The notes beneath the pieces are model-generated. The model made no database searches and was not told where the DNA came from. It saw only the letters and a program-made list of their open reading frames with translations. Below, one piece after another: positions 51,893-64,000 of a DNA stretch of 64,000 nucleotides; the first letter of the stretch is position 1, and every line of letters begins with the position of its first letter. Source of the stretch: Macrostomum lignano (lineage: Eukaryota); the NCBI GenBank assembly GCA_002269645.1, contig NIVC01001427.1, positions 124,001 through 188,000 on the forward strand. Direction: 5' to 3'. A program made the position numbers and the translations under genes.

Positions 51893-52652
51893 TGGCAGTC
51901 CGCTTAGTTCTTCAGAAGCTTCTAGAGTTCGTTTTTTAGCTCGGAAGACCAATGATCGCGTCGGTTCGGTTTGTGACTGCTGCCTCTCATGGAATGGACT
52001 ATTCAAAACATTTAGCAAGTTTTACAAGACAGACTTTACATTACGGACAGACGTAAAATCCGCGTAAGTTTTCCGCGTTCACAGGTCTTCTGGATAGAAA
52101 CTACCGACAAACGGAACTACTAAGGTAACACTTCAAGGAATTGACTGAAGTGGGTCTACTTGGGCCTTAAAAAAACAACTGAGCACGTGTTGCATGTAAC
52201 GAGCGAACCTCTATCGCTCCATCGATGAAAACCTGTGTGTACTTGTGGATATTTGATAGTATATGTTAAATATCGAATATAGGATAGTGGAGATTGAGTA
52301 TGAACTGGAGTTTAATCATCGGTGAAAGTGCACAGCAGAAGATGCTTCCATGCAGCGAATGACCCGTGTATTATGACCGTAAATGAGTTTTTAATTGCGC
52401 TCATTTATAGATTGAACTGCTTGGCGTTACTGTATTTTAGGCGACGCTGGATATTTATTTAGGTGTCATTGTAAAATTTTTAGCTTTTCTCAGCTCGTTT
52501 CCAGTCTAGATGAGTTCACGGAGCTCCTACGAGTACTTTAGCCTTATCAGTCATCAAGGGATTCTAATTCTAATGGGAATTGTCAGCAGTCAGTTTGCAG
52601 CTCCTGGTTAACATAGGTAATGCTCCTGTCAGAGAAATCTATTGAGCAGCCG

Positions 52653-54102
52653 TCAATGACCAATGCAATCGGCGAATAGGGTGAGCAGTCTCAGTCGAAC
52701 CCAGCCGTGCTCACTGCCTACACTGGCAGCAGCTACTGTGGAGCAGTTGCTTCCGCCACAGAAGGAGCCACCGCCGCCTCCGGCATGCTGCGGACTCACT
52801 CCAGCTCCACCTCCGCAGTAGCCGCCGCCGCCGCCGCCCGCCCCAGTCGAAGAAGCTCCTCCGCCCCCACCGAATCCGCCATGGCCAGCGCTGCCGGCTC
52901 CGGCGCTGCCGCCGATCCAGCCTGCAGTGCGGCCGCTTCCTCCCTCGCCTTGTTTCTCATCGGTTCTCCCTCAAGAAGCGCTGTCCATCCAGCCAGCTCC
53001 GCAGCCACCTGCGTCCTGAGAGCTATTAGCCGGACCATTGCTTCCTGGGTTGCCGCCAGCTCCTCCAGATCCCCTTTTGTCGTTGTCATTGCCAATCGAA
53101 TCGCCTCCTTGGATGTTAATCTCCGTTCCACCTAAAACAAATTCGATCTTATTGGATTTCAGCTGTAAACTTAGCAGCGTCTTGTCGAAATAAAATTTAC
53201 CTTGGTTGAAGCGCGAGGCGCCTCCGCCTCCGCCCGCCGCGATCAGAAGCTCGCTGTTGTCACTCCGGTACGCGAAGCTGCCTCCACCTCCGCCAGCTCC
53301 TGAGTTTTTATCGTTGACCGAGCCTCCAGACTGGCCAACCACAATGACCAGCTGGGTGCCGGCGCTCAGGTTGAAGCTGCCAGCAGTGAAGGCGCCGACG
53401 CCTCCGAGCTTGGACTCGAAGGAATTCGCTCCACCATTCGCTCCCGCGGCTTCGATGCGATAGCAGCCTGTCAGGATGATTTCCATCGTCTGGATTGAAC
53501 CGTTTCTTCCCGTGCTGCTGTCTGCAACCATCGGGTTCGAGCTTATGTTTAATTACTATTTAAAGCTTATCAAGATCGATGGCACACTTGCATCCGCTCA
53601 TTACTCACTCGAGAAAGTCCTGGTGAATGCAGACGCGTTCAGAGCTCTAGACTGGATCAGCTCACGCAGATCCTTCGCAGTCCACGTCCGAGCTCCGGGC
53701 TCCGACCCGAGCAGTCTCTTCACGTGGCTCTCCGGAGATCCAGGGACCTGAGACGCGTCATTCACGATGGCGAGTTGGCAGACGCTGTCCGTCTCGATGA
53801 CAACGGCCACCGCGCAGTGGCGCATTCGGCACAACATCAGGCAGCTGGGCACAGAAGCGACACCCGTGATGTTATGAGCTTGCTGCTGGTGGTTGCGTTA
53901 AGGAGAAGGGCGCCGTCATGGGGTAGGTAGTTCACGCTGCAGGCTGCAAGGTGCAGTTAAATCAATAAGCCTCGACGTTAATCATGAAATTAATGTCATT
54001 AAAAAGCTTGACTGCATGCATATTGCAATCCAAAAAATAACCTTGTCCGACTCCAATCAGCAAAGGTTGAATCGCAAGCACCAGCCATAACACTGCGACC
54101 AT
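52653..54102 (-). pseudogene. Secreted PAN-like + ALK/LTK-type glycine-rich domain protein, disrupted
   Basis: Exons 54042-54102 (signal peptide), about 53605-53943 (PAN-like SCLMLCRMRHC; frameshift near 53878), 53201-53541 (YRIEAAGANGG, LVIVVGQSG, LLIAAGGGGG) and 52653-53131 ([22 protein letters not shown]) with an in-frame TGA at 52971-52973. Confidence 0.72.
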
Positions 54103-54702
54103 TTTTCCGTCTGTCAGATATGCCATGGACTCGTGATGCAGCAATCGTGTGTTTTGCAGAGGTTTTCGGAGCGGGGCTGTCTCTCGCTTCGAGGCCTACT
54201 CTTAATATACTTGTATTAAAGAAGGTCTGTGATTGATGTCACTAATGATTCTGTAGCCAGTTGAATGAGGGCAGAAGTTCAATCTGCTAAAATGCTCATA
54301 TACGAGTGTGACTGGTGACATGTGACTTGAGGTGACTTGATGTGGCATGTAAACTCAAAAATGCTTATATTCAAAGACGACATATGAATTCACAAAAATG
54401 AATTCATTCTAGTCGGCGCGAACTATTTGCAAATAAGAACCTCATCCTTACAATTGAGAAGACCCTTCAACTGAGATGACAGATCACATCAGGTCACCTA
54501 GCCTGAGTTCAAGCTGAATTCGAAGTACGAAAATCGCATATATACACTACATCGTTGAAACTTAAATTGTGTACCAGCGACTATGTTTGACATGTTGTAT
54601 TTTATATTAAGTACTATAAAAGTTGAAAGGTTTAACATGCTGTCAGTATCGCTCCTGTCTCCTATCGCGCTATCTATCTATCTGCTTCGTGGCTTGCTGA
54701 GC

Positions 54703-55208
54703 CAGGGAGTCAGGGACTATACTTAAACTAGGGACGGGAAACTGGCCAAAAACTGGCTTGAAAAAAGTTGGCTGGCTAGAGTTTGTTTCGTCTTCAGCTA
54801 CGCTCGTCATTCATTATATCAGGCTCTATCAGTCATCAGACAGACTAAAGCCAAGCCTTCGTTGCATGCTCATGCAATTGATACACAAGTGTTATAGTGA
54901 TGCGTTTTATACCATATAGACAACAAGCCGTCTGACTGCAGATTTTTTTAGGCATTCTCTATACAAAACACTGTGAAAAAATGGGGTTCTGTGTACAAAA
55001 AAGCTCACACTGCTCCTCTCAGAATGAAGATTGACAAACATCGAGTAGTGCAGTGCAGCTTGTAGAGGGATAAATTTTGTACAGGAAGGCGAAGTAAACA
55101 GCTTTCTACGCTCAATAATAAATTCTAGGGAGTAATAGAAAAAACCAGCCTCCAACTATTTTCTGCATGATTTGGCCAGTTTCTCGTCCCTAGTTTAAGT
55201 AGTCCCTG
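54703..55208. mobile_element. Non-autonomous DNA transposon (MITE) with CAGGG termini
   Basis: CAGGGACTATACTTAAACTAGGGACGGGAAACTGGCCAAA (from 54711) is inverted at 55170-55208; direct repeat CTGAGC at 54697-54702 and 55209-55214 (TGCTGAGC if it overlaps the terminus). Confidence 0.8.
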
Positions 55209-56089
55209 CTGAGCTTCATCTTGCTCTGGTAGAAAGCATGCATGTATGTTTGTGCGATTCTCACAGTTTTTTAGCGTCGTACAGCCTGACAGCCTAAACC
55301 ATCGGTACATGTAAATTGCAGCCCTTTCACTTTAACTGGTGCTTTTGACCTAGATGTACACATACTATGTATAAATTTAGGACATGTGCATGTGCGAGAC
55401 TGCATGCATTGCAATGCCTTTGCCTTTTAACAATTTGTTTTTTCTCAATTACATTCATAAATTTGTTAACCTTAAGTCTTGTACGCCTTTTCTTTTTAGG
55501 ACCTTCTGTAATATTCTGTCACGGGGCCCCTGCATGCGCATCGCGCTACATATGTAACAGTAGTGTATTTTATAAAGAATACATTGTGAGGGTCTCCGGC
55601 CAAAATATGCATGAAAGAGACATAAGTGTAATGATTTAGATTTAAAATTGATGAAAATCAATCGCTGATCTCTGTCAATAGTGGGAAACCACACTCATTC
55701 AGTTTTGTTGCAATGTCCGGATTGGGTCCTGCTACATAGCTTTACGGTCAACTTTAAAATAAGCTAAACTTTAAGCAGGAAGAGAATACTTGAGAATAGG
55801 ATAAATATTTTTCAACAAAAAAATTTACGAAGATTTTTAGGTACAATACGCTCTTGGAAACTAAATTTATCATGTCTAATTTAGTTTAAACACTAACTTT
55901 TTTTGAACTCTAAACTTTGCTAGAAATAATCTAGATCTAGATCCAAATCATGGATGGTTGTCTGCCAATCTACAAACATTCAAACATTATGTAATACAAA
56001 TTTAATTGGACGCTAATATAGAAAACTGCCAAATACAACTTTCTATCGCAGATGCCTTGATTTTTCAAGAAAAGTCTGAATATATTGTC

Positions 56090-58634
56090 ATGTCGGCATC
56101 GTCATCATCGAACTTAGTTGACAAAGTTGTCCGAATAAAAATTTCACGTGGACTCAACGACGAAGTTACAGTTGATCCCGAGAATTTCGAAGATTATAAC
56201 TTGTTTGATAAGTCAAATCTACCAATCCGATTTCATGATATATACAAAGAAAAAAAGACCATCATTGTGTTTTTGAGGGTAAGTTTTTAGTATATTTTAT
56301 ATTATACATGTATTTTTAGGCAGTTGTTATTGTTATGGTGACCATATAAACAAAAAATGTTTTTTTGTAGGCCTATAGTCAACACATTAAACAGTTACTA
56401 TCTAAACTAGGTAACGAAATTGTGAGTGTGTATATAATATGAGGCTATAAATACAGTAATTAAAAAATAAAGAAATGAGTTTTTAATTATTGATAGGGGG
56501 CCTACAATGTGACTAGGTGACTGGTGGTTCATATAATTGACTTTAACTAGCTTAAATTTTGAACCTAACTTTAAATGTTTATGAAAATTCTTCCAACATA
56601 AAAATAGCCATTTTGCTTCTAATTAAAAATAGATATTTTTTTAAACCAAGTGTAAAGTTGCCAACTTTTTGGCCAACTTAAGTTGCCAACTTAAAAAAAA
56701 ACTATTAGAATTTTTATTTTGGCATACACTTATTATAATCTAGACTATAGGGTCATATACTTTGTAGTAAATGATAAAAGCTGCCTTTTTATTGAACCAA
56801 CCTCTACTTTGTTCTTTTTCAAAGCTTTCAACTATCTGCTATACCCCTAGATATTCTATAATAAGCTTATTAGTATTATGTATAATTATGATAGCCTAGT
56901 AATATTCTTATACTATTGGCAATATTGATAATACTTTTTGGGTATTAAATATCAGAAGCCTTATAAGTCTATACTTTTAAAAGTATTAGACTTTATTAAC
57001 TTCTAATACAATTTTTCAATTTTCCAATAGTTTAACAGTCCTATACCATTCCCATTGAACCCAGTTGGAATAAGTGGACAAATAGTCAAAGAACTAAGCA
57101 ATTTAATTTGTTTAGTGATAGCTGCCTATACATTTTTTGAAAATGTTATATGCATCTTAATATATACTTGGTTTAAACAACTTAACCTATGTAGCTATGG
57201 TCAATGCTTAGAAAAATGATAGAAGATTGCATCTAAATAATAAAATTACCTTCTCTGATATTTTTGTACTAAAGAAAATGATTTACCTTTTTTATATTTA
57301 GAAAACTAAAGAAAGCTAATCCTCATCAAACACTTTAGCACCCACAGTGCTTTGCTGCCAAAGAGTACATGGAGGACTTGGCAACAATACCTGATGGTGT
57401 CCTGCAGCAAGCCAACGTTCAACTTGTTGCGGTTGTGCCCAGCATGCCTGAGCTGCTGTCGGTATGTCTGATTTGTGTTGCTTTTCATGAGTTTCACCAT
57501 TGCTGTTCTTGTCTTTATTTATCAAATTGCTTAAATATTTTTCCTAGCTGAGAGCAATTCAACACTTTGCAGGTGTTCAAAGAGGAGACTGGCTTTAGGC
57601 ATGCACTTTACTGCGACCCCAGTGCTAACATCTACAGAAAAATTGGCTTTAAATGCGGAGTTGTGCCGCATGACCAATGTGAGTTATTGAGAACTGCATG
57701 ATAACACTTGAAAAAGGACCGCATATTTGAAATAGCTCTCTAATCCTCTCCCAGACCCTCAGTTGCTGGGCCACTCACCCTCCCAGATGCTTAGTTGCTG
57801 GCCAGCCACTCTCTCACTCTCTCAGATCCTCAGTTGCTGGCCAGCCACTCTCTCACTCTCTCAGATCCTCAGTTGCTGGCCAGCCACTTTCTCACTCTCT
57901 CAAATCCTCAGTTGCTGGCTAGCCACTCTCTCACTCTCTCAGATCCTCAAGTTTCTGGCCAGCCACTCTCTCATTCTCTCAGATCCTCAGTTGCTGGCTA
58001 GCCACTCTCTCACTCTCTCAAATCCTCAGTTGCTGGCTAGCCACTCTCTTACTCTCTCAGATCCTCAGTTTCTGGCCAGCCACTCTCTCACTCTCTCAGA
58101 TCCTCGGTTGCTGGCCAGCCACTCTCTCAATCTCTCAGATCCTCAGTTGCTGGCCAGCCACTCTCTCACTCTCTCAGATCCTCAAGTTGCTGGCCAGCCA
58201 CTCTCTCACTCTCTCAGATCCTCAGTTGCTGGCCAGCCACTCTCTCACTCTCTCAGATCCTCAGTTGCTGGCCAGCCACTCTCTCACTCTCTCAGATCCT
58301 CAAGTTGCTGGGCCGGCCATCCCAGATCCTCACTCTCAGCAACAGACCCGCCGCCCCTGAACGCCCAGCAGACCCGGTCAACAACAAGCACGTGAAGTCC
58401 AGCTGGATGTTAGGCGTCCTGCGCAGCACCTACCGCACGGCCGTGCTTTACCGGGACTTCAACGCCGACATGCTGGTGAACGGCGGCTGCCTGGTGCTGG
58501 GGCCGGGCCGGCAGCTGCACTGCAGCCACCTGGACAACGGCATGTTCGACCAGATGCCCATCAACAGCCTGCTGGAGCGAGTCTGCGGAGTCACCATGAG
58601 CTTCCCCAAGGACCGGCGCGTGCTGCACCTCTGA
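56090..58634 (+). CDS. PRXL2C: Peroxiredoxin-like 2C / AAED1-like (AhpC-TSA_2) protein, about 226 aa
   Basis: Exons 56090-56278, 57339-57461, 57573-57678, 58372-58634, phase consistent. IIVFLR-HPQCFAAKEYMEDLA, QANVQLV, YCDP...IYRKIG, KHVKS, GGCLVLGPG, MPINSLL match recalled AAED1 motifs. Confidence 0.88.
57765..58340 (+). repeat. 39-bp minisatellite (CTCAGATCCTCAGTTGCTGGCCAGCCACTCTCTCACTCT) in PRXL2C intron 3
   Basis: About 14 tandem units. Confidence 0.95.
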
Positions 58635-59398
58635 TTCACCGAGGCTGTCATCAATTTTTTCAGGTCTGCTGCGTTTATTGACAAATTTGTATTGCGGTAA
58701 GCAAAAAGTCAAGTCCTAGTTAGTCAGCAAGATTTCCAGTATTCTCATCATTTGTGTTTCTCTGATAGATTTTAAATACAAGTGCAATGAAGTATTGTTT
58801 TGTTCGGCAGTAAATAAAATATCTTTAATTGCATTAAGCTCTTTGATTCATTTCTCTCATCTCTCATCTCTTCTCTCCCGTCTCTCCTCTCATCTTCTCT
58901 TACCGTATTTTGTGTCTGCTCTCTTCTCCTTTATTCCCTCGCCTCGCCTGTTCCCTCCCTCTCCTCCCGTTCTGGAGAGCACTTTTGCCAGACGCGGTCT
59001 CTCACTAATGGGCAGCTGCAGCTAAATGCACTTCATGCAGCGATAGGACAAATGTGCCATACTGGGCTCTGGTTCATTTCTAAGATATCGAATGCAATGT
59101 CCTGCTTCATTATTGTCACTAGAATAGTGGTGCACTTGAATTCCACTCACTCTAGTACGTGCAAATACTTGCTACTGTAAGTTTAGGTCTGTTTCATGTT
59201 TATACAGTAATGGTTTTAATAAAGATGCATGATGTAAAGAATTTCAAACTGAAAACGAAGACTATAGAGCTTTTCAGTTTTATTAACTTCCTGTAGGAAA
59301 AGATCTGGCCATGCAGCCAAGCTACACGCGCGTCAGAATGTGAAATTAAATGAAATCATACTATGCATGCTTTCATTGCATTTTGAGCTGGCTAAAGG

Positions 59399-59996
59399 TC
59401 ACGGGTGGCTCTTCGCAGCCAGAGGCGGTGGGAAGCCTATAAATGTTCTTTTCAGGCCGTGGAATAAAGGCGCTTGAGTTTCCTGCTGGCGTAACTCCAC
59501 CTTCAGATCGGATTTCTCCCGGACTATTGAACACCTTCCGGGTTCAGTCGGGGCCTGACGCTGTCGCTGGTCGGTGCATTCGCTTTCAGCCGGCTGCAGT
59601 GGCTGCTGCTGACTGTCCAGTCTGAGGACTGCCATTCTTTTCGTCAGCTCGTCAACCTGAGCCGCTTCGAACTGCAGTCGAAATCGATCAAACTGTACCG
59701 ATCTGCTCGTTTAAATTTCAATAAACTAAATAGCCTCGATCAGCTCCTTACCTGACGCCGACGGACTTCGGTAGAATCCTCCACGAGCTGTCCACCGTGC
59801 CGCAGCTGATTCGCCCACAGTCTAGCAGTGAGCTGCTCAAATATTCAAAGGATTTATCACTATTCAAAAGAGGCTTTAAGGTCATCCAGCTACACGTTTT
59901 GCTAGGGATACAGGCTGGAAGTGTGGCGAGACTTACACAGAGCTGGTAACAGTGCGAATTTCGCGGTGGCAACGGCGGCTGCATGGTGTCTGACAT
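59399..59996 (-). CDS. Hypothetical three-exon gene (about 119 aa)
   Basis: Possible exons 59937-59996, 59752-59821, 59399-59628 with two GTAAG donors and compatible phases; last acceptor is purine-rich; no recognisable domain. Confidence 0.3.
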
Positions 59997-62159
59997 TCTG
60001 ACACGGCGAGAACTGTTGAACTCGGGGCGGCCTTAATTGCATAATAAATTATGCACCAGCTGTAGATAATGGCTCACTTCCACGTTGCCGATGCCAACTG
60101 CGTTTCGTGATAGACTTTGCAGCACTACATGTATGTCAAGGACAACTTGATAACTAGTTATCAAGTTGTCCTTGATGTATGTACTACTTCAAACGCAATT
60201 GATAATTACGAGTATATGATTAACTAATTCAAGCCATAGACAGCTGGACCAAATGAATGTATAGAGTAGTGCATTTTATCGGATCCCGTTCATGTACATT
60301 TTTGAGCTCCATGGTGGGTCATATTTAGATAGAAATGGGTCTGGGTCTTTATCGAGTGACTGTTCTTGGTCATGACCACGAGCTACATGTATAACTTAAA
60401 GTTTCATTGTACAGTAGTCAAGCCGACAGTCGATCCACAGCCGTTGTCACGCACGTTTCGCGCTGATGAGCAACTCACCCGCTAGCTCAACTTGAGCAGA
60501 AAACGGAACACTTTAGAGGTAGTGAAAGGACGAAGGAATTATATTATGAGCACCTGGTGCGACGCCTTCGGCGAAATCATCTCTTAGTGCGATATGGATC
60601 CAGGATTTTTCCGGGAGTCATTCACCCTCTAATTTTTTCGAACCCCTAGACTTCCCTGAATCTGGATTCAAGCCCTGCTAATGTATATGGCCGGCCACAA
60701 GGTAGAAGTTGATTGCATCTCTCTATTGCAATTTTTGCGCCAGGCACGATTTTCTAAACAAAGCTTCCTAAGCCCTGCGTGTCTACTCGTAGAGTCTTCG
60801 CGTGACAGCCCATGTCTCGTAAATACTTTAAAGCCAGGTTCGGACACTTACACTTACTCGAAAGCGTGGATCACAATTAAGCCGCAGACCACTCTTTTAT
60901 CAGAAAAGGCCACGACAAAAAAAACTTTAGAAATTAAAAATTAATAAATCAGTCAACTACAGCCTTGATCAAAGTGACTGCCCCCGCTTTCACTGGTGGT
61001 GCCTCTTGTCACTCTCTCCTTGATGTACTCTATTGAAGTCTTCTAATCTTGTTCCTTTGAGGACTTGTTTCACTTTGGGGAAGAGGTCCAACTCTACAAG
61101 CTGTCTTTGGCTTTGGCTCACTGGAAACGCCTTGTGCGATGTGGCAGTGTAGTGATGTAGCAACCAGCCATTGTTCTCCCATTGTTCGCAATATGTAAAA
61201 TAGATGCTTTGACTTTAACTTTGAATTTGACGATCTTTGACATTGTCCCGCTTCCAATTTGAAATAAGCATACACAGCAAGCAGGTCAATGACACTGTTT
61301 GATCTATATGATACTATGATAGATAATTGATTTATTTATTTAATTTCTGTTCTAATGTACAAAAATTAAATCGGTTTTTAGTAGTTGTCGCCTTGAGTCC
61401 AGCAAAAGTAAAAAAATAATTAAGCAAACAATATGCCAGCTACAGATAATTATGAATTAATAATTTTAGTCACGTGACAGCAGCCATGGCACACAGCTGC
61501 TGGATAGCGGTATATATAAGTCCAGAAGCAAGTTAAGTTAGTATGCAGTCAGTTGCGGATTTGAACTGCTCAATTAAAAGCCACCTCTTCGACCAGTGGC
61601 TCCAGTGAATCTTCGAGCAGTTCAAATTCCGACACTGATACTCTCGACAGATTAAGCAGAAAAAACAGGCCAGATAGCTGTGTATAACGGATTTTCTATT
61701 TTTAATGTACAAACAAAAATGTTTTCGAAATCTAGCATTTGTAAATAAATAAATATAACGCATAGACCACCGATGAAAAACGGTAACCCAGGACAAGAAG
61801 CGTCTCAGAGTCGTTGCAGGTAACACAGGTAAAATAGGAAAGAACTGACTCTAAAGTCATCTAAGAGAAGAAAGACTCTGTTAAGTCTACTTGAGTAAGT
61901 AGAATGTTAAGCGCTAACAATGACTCTTGTACGACTCTTCCGTGACTCAACAGTACAATCGTTTTGAGTCCTTAAAACAGTCGCCCCAGAGTGCGTTGTT
62001 TGCAATGAATTCTTGAACGATTCTTGTCCCAGTAACGTTTTTAACGCATAGGAGAAAGATTACAAATATACTATTAATAGATGTTCTACTAGCAATCTAC
62101 GCCCCCCGTTGGGGAGCCAAAGAAATGCAATACACGTTTTTTTAATAAGCTAAATGTAT

Positions 62160-63060
62160 CCTTGAAATCTTAAAAAATCTCCTGTCAAACCTTGTAAGCC
62201 TTGACTTGTCAGTTATCCCACCACAAGCTTTAACATATCAACTTCCCCCCTTGACATCTCAGCAATGCCCCCAATAAGCCTTGGAAATCTAAAAATATCT
62301 GTCAACCTTCTAACCCTAACCCTAGCCTAACCCTAACCCTAACCCTAACCCTAAAGCATTGAAATTTCAGTAATTCTCTCTAAGAGTCATTATAGCACTA
62401 CTACAGCATTATAGCGATTCCTTGCAAGCCTCAACATCGTAGGGATTCCCCAATGAATCTCTTAACTTCGACATGAAGCTTCTTTTATTCTTTACATTAC
62501 GCTTTTTTATCAGCGATCCCTCCCCTGAGGAGGCATCAAATAATGTAATAAAAAGTTTTCAATAAACTACATGTAGCTTCTGACTTTAGCCTTGAAATCT
62601 CATTTATACCCCCGTGAGCCTTGACATCTCAGCTATTCCCCCCGTAAGCCTTGACATGTCAGCTATTCCCCCCCGTAAGCCTTGAAATCTAAAAAATCCC
62701 CTGTTAACCTTGAAACCCGATAAAATATAACCCTCAACCCACACCTGACCTAAACCTAACTTTAACCCAACCTAAAGCCTTGAAATCTCAGCAATTCTTC
62801 TCCCCTAAGCCTTGACATTTTAGTGATTCTTTCTTTAAGAATCACAGCACTATAACGATTTCCACCAAGCTTTGACATCGTAGCAATTCCCAAATGAATC
62901 TTTTAACTTCGACATGACTTTTCTTTTATGTATAAATAGTGCTACTTTTATTTTTTACATGACTTTTCTTCTATCAGCGCCCCCCCCCGTGACGAGCCAA
63001 CAAAGAATGCAATAAAAAATGGAGTAAAGTACATGAACTTTGAAGTAGCTTCTGACTTTT
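62160..63060 (+). repeat. Tandemly duplicated, diverged unit of about 450 bp containing a telomere-like (AACCCT)n tract
   Basis: Shared blocks AAGCCTTGAAATCTAAAAA and AATGAATCT.TTAACTTCGACATGA in both copies; near-perfect (TAACCC)n at 62310-62354, degenerate at about 62728-62775. Confidence 0.75.
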
Positions 63061-63254
63061 GCTTTGACATCTCAGAAACCCCCCCCCCGTAATCTCAGTT
63101 ATTCTCTGAGAGCCTTTGCGTCTCAGTTTTTCTCCCCAGCACAGCATTATAGTTGCATTTAATTTTTACATGAACCCTTCATGTCTGACATGACGTTTCT
63201 TTTATTCTACCGTGACGCTTCTTAATTTTTTAAATGACACTTTCATTAGTTTTA

Positions 63255-64000
63255 AATGAGGCTTCTATGATTTTTTCTTGACGCTTCTATGATTTTTACA
63301 TGACGCTTCTATGATTTTTATATGACGTTTCTATGATTGTTTACATGACGCTTCTATGATTGTTTACATGACGCTTCTATGATTGTTTACATGACGCTTC
63401 TATGATTTTTTACATGACGCTTCTATGATTTTTTACATGACGCTTCTATGATTGTTTACATGACGCTTCTACGATTTTTTACATGACGCTTCTATGATTG
63501 TTTACATGACGCTTCTATGATTGTTTACATGACGCTTCTATGATTTTTTACATGACGCTTCTACGATTTTTTACATGACGCTTCTACGATTGTTTACATG
63601 ACGCTTCTATGATTTTTACATGACGCTTCTATGATTGTTTACATGACGCTTCTATGATTTTTTACATGACGCTTCTATGATTTTTTACATGACGCTTCTA
63701 TGATTTTTACATGAAGCTTCTACGATTGTTTACATGACGCTTCTACGATTGTTTACATGACGCTTCTATGATTGTTTACATGACGCTTCTATGATTTTTA
63801 CATGACGCTTCTATGATTGTTACATGACGCTTCTATGATTTTTTACATGACGCTTCTACGATTGTTTACATGACGCTTCTATGATTTTTAATGACGCTTC
63901 TACGATTTCTTACATGACGCTTCTACGATTTTTTACATGACGCTTCTATGATTTTTTACATGACGCTTCTATGATTGTTTACATGACGCTTCTACGATTT
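63255..64000 (+). repeat. 22-23-bp minisatellite (TACATGACGCTTCTATGATT[T/G]TT), continues past the window end
   Basis: Direct reading. Confidence 0.97.

Noticed and set aside
52707-53135. Ala-rich ORFs 52707-53135 (+) and 52796-53131 (-)
   Set aside because: Alternative frames of the glycine-rich exon.

Overview
Eukaryotic, intron-containing animal DNA: GC/CpG-rich exons, AT-rich spacers and a different minisatellite in almost every intron. An EF-hand+dynein-light-chain (TAL) gene points to a flatworm, and the overall style suggests Macrostomum (inference, not verified). Genes assembled by eye from GT-AG junctions: a PLEKHG1/2/3-type RhoGEF (5' end outside the window), a TAL-like gene with two alternative first coding exons, an orphan disordered ORF, a TSP1 single-pass membrane protein, a group I PAK, TIM23, a luciferase/4CL-like acyl-CoA synthetase, two near-identical copies of a 45-aa secreted peptide gene absent from the ORF track, a PAN+C-type lectin, a disrupted PAN+ALK/LTK-type glycine-rich gene and a PRXL2C/AAED1-like gene. 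Mobile DNA: a decayed hAT transposase apparently continuous with an upstream signal-peptide + lamin-tail-like domain, a LOA-like LINE, a second LINE fragment with a 13-bp TSD, two tRNA-derived SINEs and two MITEs. Best leads: the LTD-like/hAT chimera, the TAL gene with duplicated EF-hand exons, the duplicated peptide gene, and a 2.6-kb stretch with no CpG upstream of TIM23. All family assignments come from motif recognition; no database searches were run.
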